Position numbers and translations under genes: made by a program. A stretch of DNA of 40,780 nt from Dimorphilus gyrociliatus. Its lineage: Eukaryota; Animalia; Annelida. This document shows, piece by piece, positions 10,198-25,500 of this stretch (the first letter of the stretch is position 1; every line of letters begins with the position of its first letter). Under the pieces are notes generated by a model, which searched no databases, had not been told where the DNA came from, and saw only the letters and a program-made list of their open reading frames with translations. The stretch is from the NCBI GenBank assembly GCA_904063045.1, contig CAJFCJ010000104.1, positions 1-40,780 on the forward strand, read 5' to 3'.

Positions 10198-13100
10198 CTA
10201 CTGATTGCTACTCTGTTGTCTATTACATCTACTGATAATCCATGAATAAACTGGTTTTAATGATCCAAAATTATTTTGCGGTCCAAACATACCCAGAATT
10301 GTAGAAAAAAAACCCAGAGCCCATACAATTGAAAAACCAATAGTTGCAAACATAAAAGCTCCAAATTCAACAAAAAATAAAAGATCTCCCAATAACAAGA
10401 AAAATGAAGCTCCTAGTGTTGTACTAGCTCCAGAAAGAACTGAAACACCGACTTGAGTCAACATATCTTTTACTCTTTCTTCTCTTGATTTGTAAACTGA
10501 TCTGGAATAGCCTTCTGCTAAATGTACAATATAGTCCACAGCCAATCCAACAACCAAAACGGAATTCAAAGATTCCATTAACCCTAGTTTCCAACCAGCT
10601 ATTGGCAATACACCAATAACACAAACTGTAACACAAGCAATAGTTATAGTAGCCAAAATGCCAACAAATATATTATGGGTTGCAACAATAAGAATAGGGC
10701 ATGATAAACCAACTCCAATTGCAATGCCAGTAATAGCTGAACCTACCAATATCTGTAGAAATAAAGATATCACATGATATTTTAAAAATTAAATTAAAAA
10801 AAGTGTACAAACTCTTTGAACTGCCAACCAATGCCATATAGATTTTCCACTATCTACCCTTTCAACATTCTCAATAGCTGTTTGCCAAACACCATTTAAT
10901 TCATTTGGTAAATTTTCACTCTAATGAAAAAAAGGAAACATTTTAAAAATTATCTTTTCTTATCATCATTATCTTCATCATTTTCAAAAGTTACCTGTTT
11001 ATTGATAAAATCCTCCCATTTATCCCTAATTTCTAAACCTTTAGTGTATCCTATTCTATTCCTTTCAATTGTTGTATTTACAATAATGGCAGCATATTTT
11101 AGCTTTGTTCCATAGACAATTGTCTCTAAATGTTTTTTATAAGTGACACTTCCCTTTAACTTCTCTTCTCCTAAAAGTTCATTGAAGAGTGCAAAGTCAG
11201 TTGATCGTCTTGGAGGACTGGTACCAGGAGGTGGATTAGTTCCATTAAATAACCACCAATCCATAGCTAATTCAAAATGTTTGTTAACAGCTTCACCTTT
11301 CAATTTTCCTATATCCTTGTATAATCCATATTATCATTAGCAATATGTCATGGCTGGTTCTGACATCAAAAGGAATGCTGTGTTTATATGTCAAATTCAA
11401 GGCATCATTCTGAAACATTATTTATATGTTTTGATTTCTTAGAAAGAAATTAAAACTAAAAAACAAACTTTGTAAAATTCTATCATATTCTTCATAAAAC
11501 ACAACACTTCCGGTACATTTGTACTCTTATCCCTCTTTATGTACAAATCTTTGGTGTTTTCTTCTTTTAAATTATGTAATAGTTGACAGAATTCAAGAAA
11601 TTTTGTTGAGTTTTATTACTACTCAAATTAAAGTCATTATCCCAATGTTGTTTTCCAGTACATTTAAAATCCGTATGATAACAATCAGATCTATCTTGTG
11701 GTTTTAGACCAAAAACAAGATAGATTTAATGATATTATCAGGATTTCCTTTATATTTTGTAGATGCATCAGGCAAGGTATCGACCATAGTTACTGCTATC
11801 CTTTAAGAATTTTGTTTCTTCCTGATTTACTTTCAAAGTACTTGCAAAATAGACAAAAGCTGCAAAAAGTCCAGCAAAAAATGCAAGTATAAACCATCTT
11901 GCAATTCTATTTGTAATTAATTTAAAATATGGTCCAGAGAAGAATCTAACAATAATATTCTTCTTTTAATATCATTACTATTATCTTTATCTTTGGATTT
12001 TTTTTACAGCAACAGCAGCATTTAAATTTATCCCAGAAAGTTGCATAAGTAAAAACTACACAAGGAAGGAATATAATCACTGAAAGATAGTTAACTATCA
12101 CCAAAATGGCGGAAAAAACACCAAATGTATAAACAGTCATAAATGGGGAAGCTGCTGACACAATAAAGGCTATTGCAGTTGTAAGAGTGGTATAGAACAT
12201 TGCAATTGATGCCTTTCTATAGCAATGGGACAATCGATGCGCTATAGTGGGATATTTATGATAAGAAGTTTCTCTCCAAGTATCATAGAGAACAAAACAT
12301 TATCAGCTCCAATACCAAGAATGATAAATATGTCTAGAATATGAAAAACACCAAAATATGTAAAGCGTAAAACTCCGTAATAGATAAGATTTGTGATAAG
12401 AAAACTGCTAAAAATAGAATATACTGCCAAAAATGTTATCCAGAATGATTGAGTTTGAATGAGCATAAATACAACAATAAAAAGCATAGAACCCACTGCC
12501 AAACTTAAATCTCTGAATACCATGCTTCGAATTTTAACATTAAGTAGAATAGGACAAAAATGATAAATTCCATACCATTGACACCATTTTCAAAGTATTC
12601 ATCTCCTTTTTCTGTTTGTTTGGATGAAAAAATATAGAACAAAAAATCTTTAGACAGAGAATTTGAATTCAATTTTTAATGATCTTTACCTGCATAATCT
12701 TTCAATAAATCTTCATATCTTTTTGTCATTTCTAAATCTTCCTTATGCTCATCAATTTTGTCAAAACCTTTCAATGGTCCTCCTATATTTATTCTCAATC
12801 TGGTTCTTGATGAAAATGCTCTTTTTCACTTATTTCAGCATCTTTACTAAGGAATACTCAAATTCAGAAGCTGTTTTTTGATCTTTACTAACTTTGTACA
12901 ATATTTCAGTAATGTTGTCAAAATCTTTTGATTTGGTGAAATATTGTAAAATTGACAAAGCAGGTGAACATTTCCCATTTAGGCCTATAAGGCAGAAATG
13001 TTCCTTGTAATTGTTGGTTGCCAAATATTCTTCTTGAACCTTTTAATAGCTAGTAAATTTTCTTTGTAAGGACATTTTTATCTCTGGAAACTCCGACAAA

Positions 13101-13596
13101 ATTCAGTTCTATTGCATTATAAAATATAGTTTGTTGAACTTGTTTAGCATTTTTGTCCCTTCCTCTTGTTATCATATAATCAGGTTCATTTCTTTGACTC
13201 CAAGCCATTGTTCTTAAAAAATGGTCATCTTTTGGAAAGTCCAATGGAATTCTATCAAATACAATTGGAAATATATCAATTCCTCCTAAGAATAGACCAA
13301 CAGTGACTACTGTTAAGCAAATATGAGAGCAAAGGGTAATTCCTGTGAAAGAAAAGGAAATAATTATAGTTAAATAGAACAGTATATCTTTAAAAAACAA
13401 AACACTCACCAAAAGTTAACTTTGGTTGATTCATTAAGAATTTGCATAATTTTAATGGTTCCCGATTAATTTCTTTATCAAGTTCTTTCTTAGAATCTAG
13501 AGCTTCCAAGCTATTATTCTCTATCTTATTAGTCTCTTCAACATGAAATGAGTCAAGTTGTTCATCATCAAAAGTGGGATTAATTTCTCCCTCCAT
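10198..13596 (-). pseudogene. Dispatched-like RND transporter copy 1, frameshifted as assembled
   Basis: Same exons as copy 4 but a net 12 nt shorter, with many 1-nt indels that break the ORFs. These may be consensus errors. Confidence 0.8.
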
Positions 13597-15210
13597 TATT
13601 TGATGCCAACTGAGCAAAAACCTCTCGATTGCACAATTATAAAAAACATTCCTTTTACCAGTTTTCGTAATGAAACAGAATTCATAAGTCACATAGAGGT
13701 AAAATTGAATCCGCATTCCTTTTGCATTAATCATTTAGAGATTAGCATAACAATATGAAGAATGAAAGAAGTACAGTTACATAGAAAAAAATGAAAAAAA
13801 ACCATAACAAGGCCTAAAATTGTGAAAAATATCAAAAATATAGTCATTTAACAAACAAAAGGACTAGGCATTGTATTTGTGAAAAATTGTAAAAAACAGA
13901 CAGCTGTCTGCTGTTTATTTTTTTATTTTGTCATCAGGAGTTGAATATTAGACCAATTCAGCTGCATTGGAAGTGTTTATTTGTGTGTAACTGTACTAAA
14001 TGATTAATACTTCTTTCATTCTTCATATTGTTATGCTAATCTCTAAATCTCTAAAACATAACTTTTACCTTAGAGGTAAAATTGAATACGCATTCCTTTT
14101 GCATTAATCATTTAGTACAGTTACAAGGTAAAAGTTTTTATAATTGTGCAATCGAGGGGTTTTTGTTAAGTTTAGTTATGAATTCCGTATACATATAATG
14201 GTGGAAGTTTAGAAAAAGTGTTATATCATAGAAATTATAATGGTGGAAGTTTAGAAAGACATTTATTTAGTAGAAATAGAGCCTAGAACTTTAAAAAGGC
14301 TTTTATTTTGTAGGAAACATATTCCTTGACCAAAATTATCCCATTTACAGTTATCCAGAACTACATTAATTACTTGATGTAAATGGTGATTTATTAATGG
14401 ACAATTATCTGAAAAAACCTCCTGAATTTTTCATATATTTAAAAACTTTTATATTGATCTTTTATATTCAGATATTCTAACAATTTTTCTGGACTGTAAA
14501 CCAGATAATTGTACAAAAGTCATAGTGTAATATAAAATCAGTATAAATTATAATTTTCAGATTCTCTTTACAAAAAAAAATATTTTAGTTTCAGAATCTT
14601 AAAGTCTACAACTTTCATTAGTGGAATATCCAAAGTTTGTTCTGTACAGAAGTCTGTTTTAATAGTTGTAGTTTTTAGTTTCATAACTTTCAACTGATTT
14701 TGAATTATTTCTTCATCATCATCATATAAATTATCATCCAAACAATCATCTAATTATTGAGTTTTAGTTCTAAATTAGCAAGTTTAAACAACCAGTTAAC
14801 AGTTAAAACTGAACTGCCAAACTAGGGAAATGCATTTCCTTTTATACATTTACCAAAACTTGGGTTCACTTGGTCAAAAGATTATGAAGTTGAAATGTAA
14901 CAGTCTCACAATGCACATATAACAAAGACATGAAAAACTATTGCATCACTTCTGGCTAACATGTGTCACTGCAAAAACAAGCCTGCCTCTTTGGCATCTG
15001 TTTTTGAATAAGATGTAACAAGTTTGACATGCATTTTTTCTATATTGTTTGTTCCATTGTTAATTCTATAATGCAACATCTGTTTTTGGTCAAAGAATTA
15101 TACTTTATGCGAACTAAAAGCCTTTTTAGAATTCAAAGCATCTAATTCCACTAAATAAGGTCTTTCTTTGGTTTGGGTTATTAATTCCATCAAAAAGTGG
15201 TTTTTTTCTA

Positions 15211-15709
15211 ATGTTTCACTATTCTAATTCCTTTAAAATAAGATCTATCAAAAGTCTTTATATTATAATTCCAAAGTGCACAAAATGTAAAATTGAATAC
15301 AATTCAATGGGACATATTTTGAGTACAGTTCATTTTCCATTTCATAATTTAAAATTTTGTGTAAATACTACTTGTAAAACTGGAGAATATCTATGTAAAA
15401 AGGATGATTATTGTATATCAATTGAATTAGTTTGTGATGGAATTGTTCATTGTACTCTTGCAGATGATGAACAAAATTGTGGTATATATTTCCCCTAACT
15501 AGAATTTTAAAATTTGAAAAAATTTATCTTTATTGTTAATTCAACAGATAGATTATTTTGAACCAAAGGGATATTTTAAGTGTAGAAATGATCAATCATA
15601 CATCACTCTGGATAAAGTATTTGATGGAATTGTTAATTGTAGGGAAGGAAGTGATGAACTAAATTGCAAACTATACTTTAAATGTCCATCCATACGCAAA
15701 TATGGAAGA
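15211..15709 (+). pseudogene. LDLa-repeat gene fragment (unit 2)
   Basis: Same sequence as 9030-9528. Confidence 0.75.
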
Positions 15710-16378
15710 TTTCTTAGAATCTAGAGCTTCATACTATTATTCTCTATCTTATTAGTCTCTTCAACATGAAATGAGTCAAGTTGTTCATCATCTAAAGTGG
15801 GATTAATTTGTCCCTTCAATCAAATTCCCAAATTATAACACACTTGATAAGATTCAATAAATTATAACCACCTAATAATACTTGAAACGGGGTTATAAAA
15901 TTAATTTATCCTTAATGTCATGGTTAAAAGCATGTTATACAATTTGAGTTTCAGTCAAAACTCTCCTACTTGGACCTCAAATTATTAAATTGGATTCTCA
16001 GTCACAAAAGCTTTGTCTCATATAGCTTCTAGAAAATATTGTCTAGATGAGAAATCAGTCGAATGGTCTTTATGTTTAGAATTAGGATTTTGAAATAAAT
16101 GAAGATTGCACTTTCAAACTTGAACTATTGAACAATGTGACATTACATGTTCTGAATGCAGAAAGAGATGTATTCTTTCACAAGATGAAATTTACAGTAA
16201 TAGGTGTCTAAAAGTTAAGAGGATAATTTGAAAGACTTCACAATGCTTTCATCACACACAGTGCAAAAGAAAGGTGATAAGTATCATAGCTTTTAAAAAT
16301 TTTTCTAAACTTCAGGTATAAAAGAATTCGAAATAAAATTAGAAAATATCTTTTGGTATGAGGAACTGATAACTTTTT

Positions 16379-19300
16379 CTACTGATTGCTACTCTGTTGT
16401 CTATTACATCTACTGATAATCCATGAATAAACTGGTTTTAATGATCCAAAATTATTTTGCGGTCCAAACATACCCAGAATTGTAGAAAAAAAACCCAGAG
16501 CCCATACAATTGAAAAACCAATAGTTGCAAACATAAAAGCTCCAAATTCAACAAAAAATAAAAGATCTCCCAATAACAAGAAAAATGAAGCTCCTAGTGT
16601 TGTACTAGCTCCAGAAAGAACTGAAACACCGACTTGAGTCAACATATCTTTTACTCTTTCTTCTCTTGATTTGTAAACTGATCTGGAATAGCCTTCTGCT
16701 AAATGTACAATATAGTCCACAGCCAATCCAACAACCAAAACGGAATTCAAAGATTCCATTAACCCTAGTTTCCAACCAGCTATTGGCAATACACCAATAA
16801 CACAAACTGTAACACAAGCAATAGTTATAGTAGCCAAAATGCCAACAAATATATTATGGGTTGCAACAATAAGAATAGGGCATGATAAACCAACTCCAAT
16901 TGCAATGCCAGTAATAGCTGAACCTACCAATATCTGTAGAAATAAAGATATCACATGATATTTTAAAAATTAAATTAAAAAAGTGTACAAACTCTTTGAA
17001 CTGCCAACCAATGCCATATAGATTTTCCACTATCTACCCTTTCAACATTCTCAATAGCTGTTTGCCAAACACCATTTAATTCATTTGGTAAATTTTCACT
17101 CTAATGAAAAAAGGAAACATTTTAAAAATTATCTTTTCTTATCATCATTATCTTCATCATTTTCAAAAGTTACCTGTTTATTGATAAAATCCTCCCATTT
17201 ATCCCTAATTTCTAAACCTTTAGTGTATCCTATTCTATTCCTTTCAATTGTTGTATTTACAATAATGGCAGCATATTTTAGCTTTGTTCCATAGACAATT
17301 GTCTCTAAATGTTTTTTATAAGTGACACTTCCCTTTAACTTCTCTTCTCCTAAAAGTTCATTGAAGAGTGCAAAGTCAGTTGATCGTCTTGGAGGACTGG
17401 TACCAGGAGGTGGATTAGTTCCATTAAATAACCACCAATCCATAGCTAATTCAAAATGTTTGTTAACAGCTTCACCTTTCAATTTTCCTATATCCTTGTA
17501 TAATCCACTATTATCATTAGCAAATATGTCATGGCTGGTTCTGACATCAAAAGGAATGCTGTGTTTATATGTCAAATTCAAGGCATCATTCTGAAACATT
17601 ATTTATATGTTTTGATTTCTTAGAAAGAAATTAAAACTAAAAAACAAACTTTGTAAAATTCTATCATATTCTTCATAAAACACAACACTTCCGGTACATT
17701 TGTACTCTTATCCCTCTTTATGTACAAATCTTTGGTGTTTTCTTCTTTTAAATTATGTAATAGTTGACAGAATTCAAGAAATTTTTGTTGAGTTTTATTA
17801 CTACTCAAATTAAAGTCATTATCCCAATGTTGTTTTCCAGTACATTTAAAATCCGTATGATAACAATCAGATCTATCTTGTGGTTTTAGACCAAAAACAA
17901 GATAGATTTTAATGATATTATCAGGATTTCCTTTATATTTTGTAGATGCATCAGCAAGGTATCGACCATAGTTACTGCTATCCTTTAAGAATTTTGTTTC
18001 TTCCTGATTTACTTTCAAAGTACTTGCAAAATAGACAAAAGCTGCAAAAAGTCCAGCAAAAAATGCAAGTATAAACCATCTTGCAATTCTATTTGTAATT
18101 AATTTAAAATATGGTCCAGAGAAGAATCTAACAATAATATTCTTCTTTTTAATATCATTACTATTATCTTTATCTTTTGGATTTTTTTTACAGCAACAGC
18201 AGCATTTAAATTTATCCCAGAAAGTTGCATAAGTAAAAACTACACAAGGAAGGAATATAATCACTGAAAGATAGTTAACTATCACCAAAATGGCGGAAAA
18301 AACACCAAATGTATAAACAGTCATAAATGGGGAAGCTGCTGACACAATAAAGGCTATTGCAGTTGTAAGAGTGGTATAGAACATTGCAATTGATGCCTTT
18401 CTATAGCAATGGGACAATCGATGCGCTATAGTGGGATATTTATGATAAGAAGTTTCTCTCCAAGTATCATAGAGAACAAAAACATTATCAGCTCCAATAC
18501 CAAGAATGATAAATATGTCTAGAATATGAAAAACACCAAAATATGTAAAGCGTAAAACTCCGTAATAGATAAGATTTGTGATAAGAAAACTGCTAAAAAT
18601 AGAATATACTGCCAAAAATGTTATCCAGAATGATTGAGTTTGAATGAGCATAAATACAACAATAAAAAGCATAGAACCCACTGCCAAACTTAAATCTCTG
18701 AATACCATGCTTCGAATTTTAACATTAAGTAGAATAGGACAAAAATGATAAAATTCCATACCATTGACACCATTTTCAAAGTATTCATCTCCTTTTTCTG
18801 TTTGTTTGGATGAAAAAATATAGAACAAAAAATCTTTAGACAGAGAATTTGAATTCAATTTTTAATGATCTTTACCTGCATAATCTTTCAATAAATCTTC
18901 ATATCTTTTTGTCATTTCTAAATCTTCCTTATGCTCATCAATTTTGTCAAAACCTTTCAATGGTCCTCCTATATTTATTCTCAATCTGGTTCTTGATGAA
19001 AATGCTCTTTTTTCACTTATTTCAGCATCTTTACTAAGGAAATACTCAAATTCAGAAGCTGTTTTTTGATCTTTACTAACTTTGTACAATATTTCAGTAA
19101 TGTTGTCAAAATCTTTTGATTTGGTGAAATATTGTAAAATTGACAAAGCAGGTGAACATTTCCCATTTAGGCCTATAAGGCAGAAATGTTCCTTGTAATT
19201 GTTGGTTGCCAAATATTCTTCTTGAACCTTTTTAATAGCTAGTAAATTTCTTTTGTAAGGACATTTTTATCTCTGGAAACTCCGACAAAATTCAGTTCTA

Positions 19301-19786
19301 TTGCATTATAAAATATAGTTTGTTGAACTTGTTTAGCATTTTTGTCCCTTCCTCTTGTTATCATATAATCAGGTTCATTTCTTTGACTCCAAGCCATTGT
19401 TCTTAAAAAATGGTCATCTTTTGGAAAGTCCAATGGAATTCTATCAAATACAATTGGAAATATATCAATTCCTCCTAAGAATAGACCAACAGTGACTACT
19501 GTTAAGCAAATATGAGAGCAAAGGGTAATTCCTGTGAAAAGAAAAGGAAATAATTATAGTTAAATAGAACAGTATATCTTTAAAAAACAAAACACTCACC
19601 AAAAGTTAACTTTGGTTGATTCATTAAGAATTTGCATAATTTTAATGGTTCCCGATTAATTTCTTTATCAAGTTCTTTCTTAGAATCTAGAGCTTCCAAG
19701 CTATTATTCTCTATCTTATTAGTCTCTTCAACATGAAATGAGTCAAGTTGTTCATCATCAAAAGTGGGATTAATTTCTCCCTCCAT
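16379..19786 (-). pseudogene. Dispatched-like RND transporter copy 2, one coding frameshift as assembled
   Basis: 3 nt shorter than copy 4: two intronic A-run differences and one T-run (T4 to T3) at ~19247 in exon 2. It is probably intact if that base is an error. Confidence 0.75.
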
Positions 19787-21391
19787 TATTTGATGCCAAC
19801 TGAGCAAAAACCTCTCGATTGCACAATTATAAAAAACATTCCTTTTACCAGTTTTCGTAATGAAACAGAATTCATAAGTCACATAGAGGTAAAATTGAAT
19901 CCGCATTCCTTTTGCATTAATCATTTAGAGATTAGCATAACAATATGAAGAATGAAAGAAGTACAGTTACATAGAAAAAAATGAAAAAAAACCATAACAA
20001 GGCCTAAAATTGTGAAAAATATCAAAAATATAGTCATTTAACAAACAAAAGGACTAGGCATTGTATTTGTGAAAAATTGTAAAAAACAGACAGCTGTCTG
20101 CTGTTTATTTTTTTATTTTGTCATCAGGAGTTGAATATTAGACCAATTCAGCTGCATTGGAAGTGTTTATTTGTGTGTAACTGTACTAAATGATTAATAC
20201 TTCTTTCATTCTTCATATTGTTATGCTAATCTCTAAATCTCTAAAACATAACTTTTACCTTAGAGGTAAAATTGAATACGCATTCCTTTTGCATTAATCA
20301 TTTAGTACAGTTACAAGGTAAAAGTTTTTATAATTGTGCAATCGAGGGGTTTTTGTTAAGTTTAGTTATGAATTCCGTATACATATAATGGTGGAAGTTT
20401 AGAAAAAGTGTTATATCATAGAAATTATAATGGTGGAAGTTTAGAAAGACATTTATTTAGTAGAAATAGAGCCTAGAACTTTAAAAAGGCTTTTATTTTG
20501 TAGGAAACATATTCCTTGACCAAAATTATCCCATTTACAGTTATCCAGAACTACATTAATTACTTGATGTAAATGGTGATTTATTAATGGACAATTATCT
20601 GAAAAAACCTCCTGAATTTTTCATATATTTAAAAAACTTTTATATTGATCTTTTATATTCAGATATTCTAACAATTTTTCTGGACTGTAAACCAGATAAT
20701 TGTACAAAAGTCATAGTGTAATATAAAATCAGTATAAATTATAATTTTCAGATTCTCTTTACAAAAAAAAATATTTTAGTTTCAGAATCTTAAAGTCTAC
20801 AACTTTCATTAGTGGAATATCCAAAGTTTGTTCTGTACAGAAGTCTGTTTTAATAGTTGTAGTTTTTAGTTTCATAACTTTCAACTGATTTTGAATTATT
20901 TCTTCATCATCATCATATAAATTATCATCCAAACAATCATCTAATTATTGAGTTTTAGTTCTAAATTAGCAAGTTTAAACAACCAGTTAACAGTTAAAAC
21001 TGAACTGCCAAACTAGGGAAATGCATTTCCTTTTATACATTTACCAAAACTTGGGTTCACTTGGTCAAAAGATTATGAAGTTGAAATGTAACAGTCTCAC
21101 AATGCACATATAACAAAGACATGAAAAACTATTGCATCACTTCTGGCTAACATGTGTCACTGCAAAAACAAGCCTGCCTCTTTGGCATCTGTTTTTGAAT
21201 AAGATGTAACAAGTTTGACATGCATTTTTTTCTATATTGTTTGTTCCATTGTTAATTCTATAATGCAACATCTGTTTTTGGTCAAAGAATTATACTTTAT
21301 GCGAACTAAAAGCCTTTTTAGAATTCAAAGCATCTAATTCCACTAAATAAGGTCTTTCTTTGGTTTGGGTTATTAATTCCATCAAAAAGTG

Positions 21392-21895
21392 GTTTTTTTT
21401 CTAATTTTCACTATTCTAATTCCTTTAAATAAGATCTATCAAAGTCTTTATATTATAATTCCAAAGTGCACAAATGTAAAATTGAATACAATTCAATGGG
21501 ACTATTTTGAGTACAGTTCATTTTCCATTTCATAATTTAAAATTTTGTGTAAATACTACTTGTAAAACTGGAGAATATCTATGTAAAAAGGATGATTATT
21601 GTATATCAATTGAATTAGTTTGTGATGGAATTGTTCATTGTACTCTTGCAGATGATGAACAAAATTGTGGTATATATTTCCCCTAACTAGAATTTTAAAA
21701 TTTGAAAAAATTTATCTTTATTGTTAATTCAACAGATAGATTATTTTGAACCAAAGGATATTTTAAGTGTAGAAATGATCAATCATACATCACTCTGGAT
21801 AAAGTATTTGATGGAATTGTTAATTGTAGGAAGGAAGTGATGAACTAAATTGCAAACTATACTTTAAATGTCCATCCATACGCAAATATGGAAGA
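21392..21895 (+). pseudogene. LDLa-repeat gene fragment (unit 3, extra 1-nt deletions)
   Basis: Same sequence as 9030-9528 with several single-base deletions. Confidence 0.7.
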
Positions 21896-22563
21896 TTCTT
21901 AGAATCTAGAGCTTCATACTATTATTCTCTATCTTATTAGTCTCTTCAACATGAAATGAGTCAAGTTGTTCATCATCTAAAGTGGGATTAATTTGTCCCT
22001 TCAATCAAATTCCCAAATTATAACACACTTGATAAGATTCAATAAATTATAACCACCTAATAATACTTGAAACGGGGTTATAAAATTAATTTATCCTTAA
22101 TGTCATGGTTAAAAGCATGTTATACAATTTGAGTTTCAGTCAAAACTCTCCTACTTGGACCTCAAATTATTAAATTGGATTCTCAGTCACAAAAGCTTTG
22201 TCTCATATAGCTTCTAGAAAATATTGTCTAGATGAGAAATCAGTCGAATGGTCTTTATGTTTAGAATTAGGATTTTGAAATAAATGAAGATTGCACTTTC
22301 AAACTTGAACTATTGAACAATGTGACATTACATGTTCTGAATGCAGAAAGAGATGTATTCTTTCACAAGATGAAATTTACAGTAATAGGTGTCTAAAAGT
22401 TAAGAGGATAATTTGAAAGACTTCACAATGCTTTCATCACACACAGTGCAAAAGAAAGGTGATAAGTATCATAGCTTTTAAAAATTTTTCTAAACTTCAG
22501 GTATAAAAGAATTCGAAATAAAATTAGAAAATATCTTTTGGTATGAGGAACTGATAACTTTTT

Positions 22564-25500
22564 CTACTGATTGCTACTCTGTTGTCTATTACATCTACTG
22601 ATAATCCATGAATAAACTGGTTTTAATGATCCAAAATTATTTTGCGGTCCAAACATACCCAGAATTGTAGAAAAAAAACCCAGAGCCCATACAATTGAAA
22701 AACCAATAGTTGCAAACATAAAAGCTCCAAATTCAACAAAAAATAAAAGATCTCCCAATAACAAGAAAAATGAAGCTCCTAGTGTTGTACTAGCTCCAGA
22801 AAGAACTGAAACACCGACTTGAGTCAACATATCTTTTACTCTTTCTTCTCTTGATTTGTAAACTGATCTGGAATAGCCTTCTGCTAAATGTACAATATAG
22901 TCCACAGCCAATCCAACTACCAAAACGGAATTCAAAGATTCCATTAACCCTAGTTTCCAACCAGCTATTGGCAATACACCAATAACACAAACTGTAACAC
23001 AAGCAATAGTTATAGTAGCCAAAATGCCAACAAATATATTATGGGTTGCAACAATAAGAATAGGGCATGATAAACCAACTCCAATTGCAATGCCAGTAAT
23101 AGCTGAACCTACCAATATCTGTAGAAATAAAGATATCACATGATATTTTAAAAATTAAATTAAAAAAAGTGTACAAACTCTTTGAACTGCCAACCAATGC
23201 CATATAGATTTTCCACTATCTACCCTTTCAACATTCTCAATAGCTGTTTGCCCAAACACCATTTAATTCATTTGGTAATTTTCACTCTAATGAAAAAAAG
23301 GAACATTTTAAAAATTATCTTTCTTATCATCATTATCTTCATCATTTTCAAAAGTTACCTGTTTATTGATAAAATCCTCCCATTTATCCCTAATTTCTAA
23401 ACCTTTAGTGTATCCTATTCTATTCCTTTCAATTGTTGTATTTACAATAATGGCCAGCATATTTTAGCTTTGTTCCATAGACAATTGTCTCTAAATGTTT
23501 TTTATAAGTGACACTTCCCTTTAACTTCTCTTCTCCTAAAAGTTCATTGAAGAGTGCAAAGTCAGTTGATCGTCTTGGAGGACTGGTACCAGGAGGTGGA
23601 TTAGTTCCATTAAATAACCACCAATCCATAGCTAATTCAAAATGTTTGTTAACAGCTTCACCTTTCAATTTTCCTATATCCTTGTATAATCCACTATTAT
23701 CATTAGCAAATATGTCATGGCTGGTTCTGACATCAAAAGGAATGCTGTGTTTATATGTCAAATTCAAGGCATCATTCTGAAACATTATTTATATGTTTTG
23801 ATTTCTTAGAAAGAAATTAAAACTAAAAAACAAACTTTGTAAAATTCTATCATATTCTTCATAAAACACAACACTTCCGGTACATTTGTACTCTTATCCC
23901 TCTTTATGTACAAATCTTTGGTGTTTTCTTCTTTTAAATTATGTAATAGTTGACAGAATTCAAGAAATTTTTGTTGAGTTTTATTACTACTCAAATTAAA
24001 GTCATTATCCCAATGTTGTTTTCCAGTACATTTAAAATCCGTATGATAACAATCAGATCTATCTTGTGGTTTTAGACCAAAAACAAGATAGATTTTAATG
24101 ATATTATCAGGATTTCCTTTATATTTTGTAGATGCATCAGCAAGGTATCGACCATAGTTACTGCTATCCTTTAAGAATTTTGTTTCTTCCTGATTTACTT
24201 TCAAAGTACTTGCAAAATAGACAAAAGCTGCAAAAAGTCCAGCAAAAAATGCAAGTATAAACCATCTTGCAATTCTATTTGTAATTAATTTAAAATATGG
24301 TCCAGAGAAGAATCTAACAATAATATTCTTCTTTTTAATATCATTACTATTATCTTTATCTTTTGGATTTTTTTTACAGCAACAGCAGCATTTAAATTTA
24401 TCCCAGAAAGTTGCATAAGTAAAAACTACACAAGGAAGGAATATAATCACTGAAAGATAGTTAACTATCACCAAAATGGCGGAAAAAACACCAAATGTAT
24501 AAACAGTCATAAATGGGGAAGCTGCTGACACAATAAAGGCTATTGCAGTTGTAAGAGTGGTATAGAACATTGCAATTGATGCCTTTCTATAGCAATGGGA
24601 CAATCGATGCGCTATAGTGGGATATTTATGATAAGAAGTTTTCTCTCCAAGTATCATAGAGAACAAAAACATTATCAGCTCCAATACCAAGAATGATAAA
24701 TATGTCTAGAATATGAAAAACACCAAAATATGTAAAGCGTAAAAACTCCGTAATAGATAAGATTTGTGATAAGAAAACTGCTAAAAATAGAATATACTGC
24801 CAAAAAATGTTATCCAGAATGATTGAGTTTGAATGAGCATAAATACAACAATAAAAAGCATAGAACCCACTGCCAAACTTAAATCTCTGAATACCATGCT
24901 TCGGAATTTTAACATTAAGTAGAATAGGACAAAAATGATAAAATTCCATACCATTGACACCATTTTCAAAGTATTCATCTCCTTTTTCTGTTTGTTTGGA
25001 TGAAAAAATATAGAACAAAAAATCTTTAGACAGAGAATTTGAATTCAATTTTTAATGATCTTTACCTGCATAATCTTTCAATAAATCTTCATATCTTTTT
25101 GTCATTTCTAAATCTTCCTTATGCTCATCAATTTTGTCAAAACCTTTCAATGGTCCTCCTATATTTATTCTCAATCTGGTTCTTGATGAAAATGCTCTTT
25201 TTTCACTTATTTCAGCATCTTACTAAGGAAATACTCAAATTCAGAAGCTGTTTTTTGATCTTTACTAACTTTGTACAATATTTCAGTAATGTTGTCAAAA
25301 TCTTTTGATTTGGTGAAATATTGTAAAATGACAAAGCAGGTGAACATTTCCCATTTAGGCCTATAAGGCAGAAATGTTCCTTGTAATTGTTGGTTGCCAA
25401 ATATTCTTCTTGAACCTTTTTAATAGCTAGTAAAATTTTCTTTTGTAAGGACATTTTTATCTCTGGAAACTCCGACAAAATTCAGTTCTATTGCATTATA

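Noticed and set aside
13897-13910. 14-bp palindrome cagacagctgtctg containing a CAGCTG E-box upstream of copies 1-3
   Set aside because: A single short motif with no positional or comparative support.
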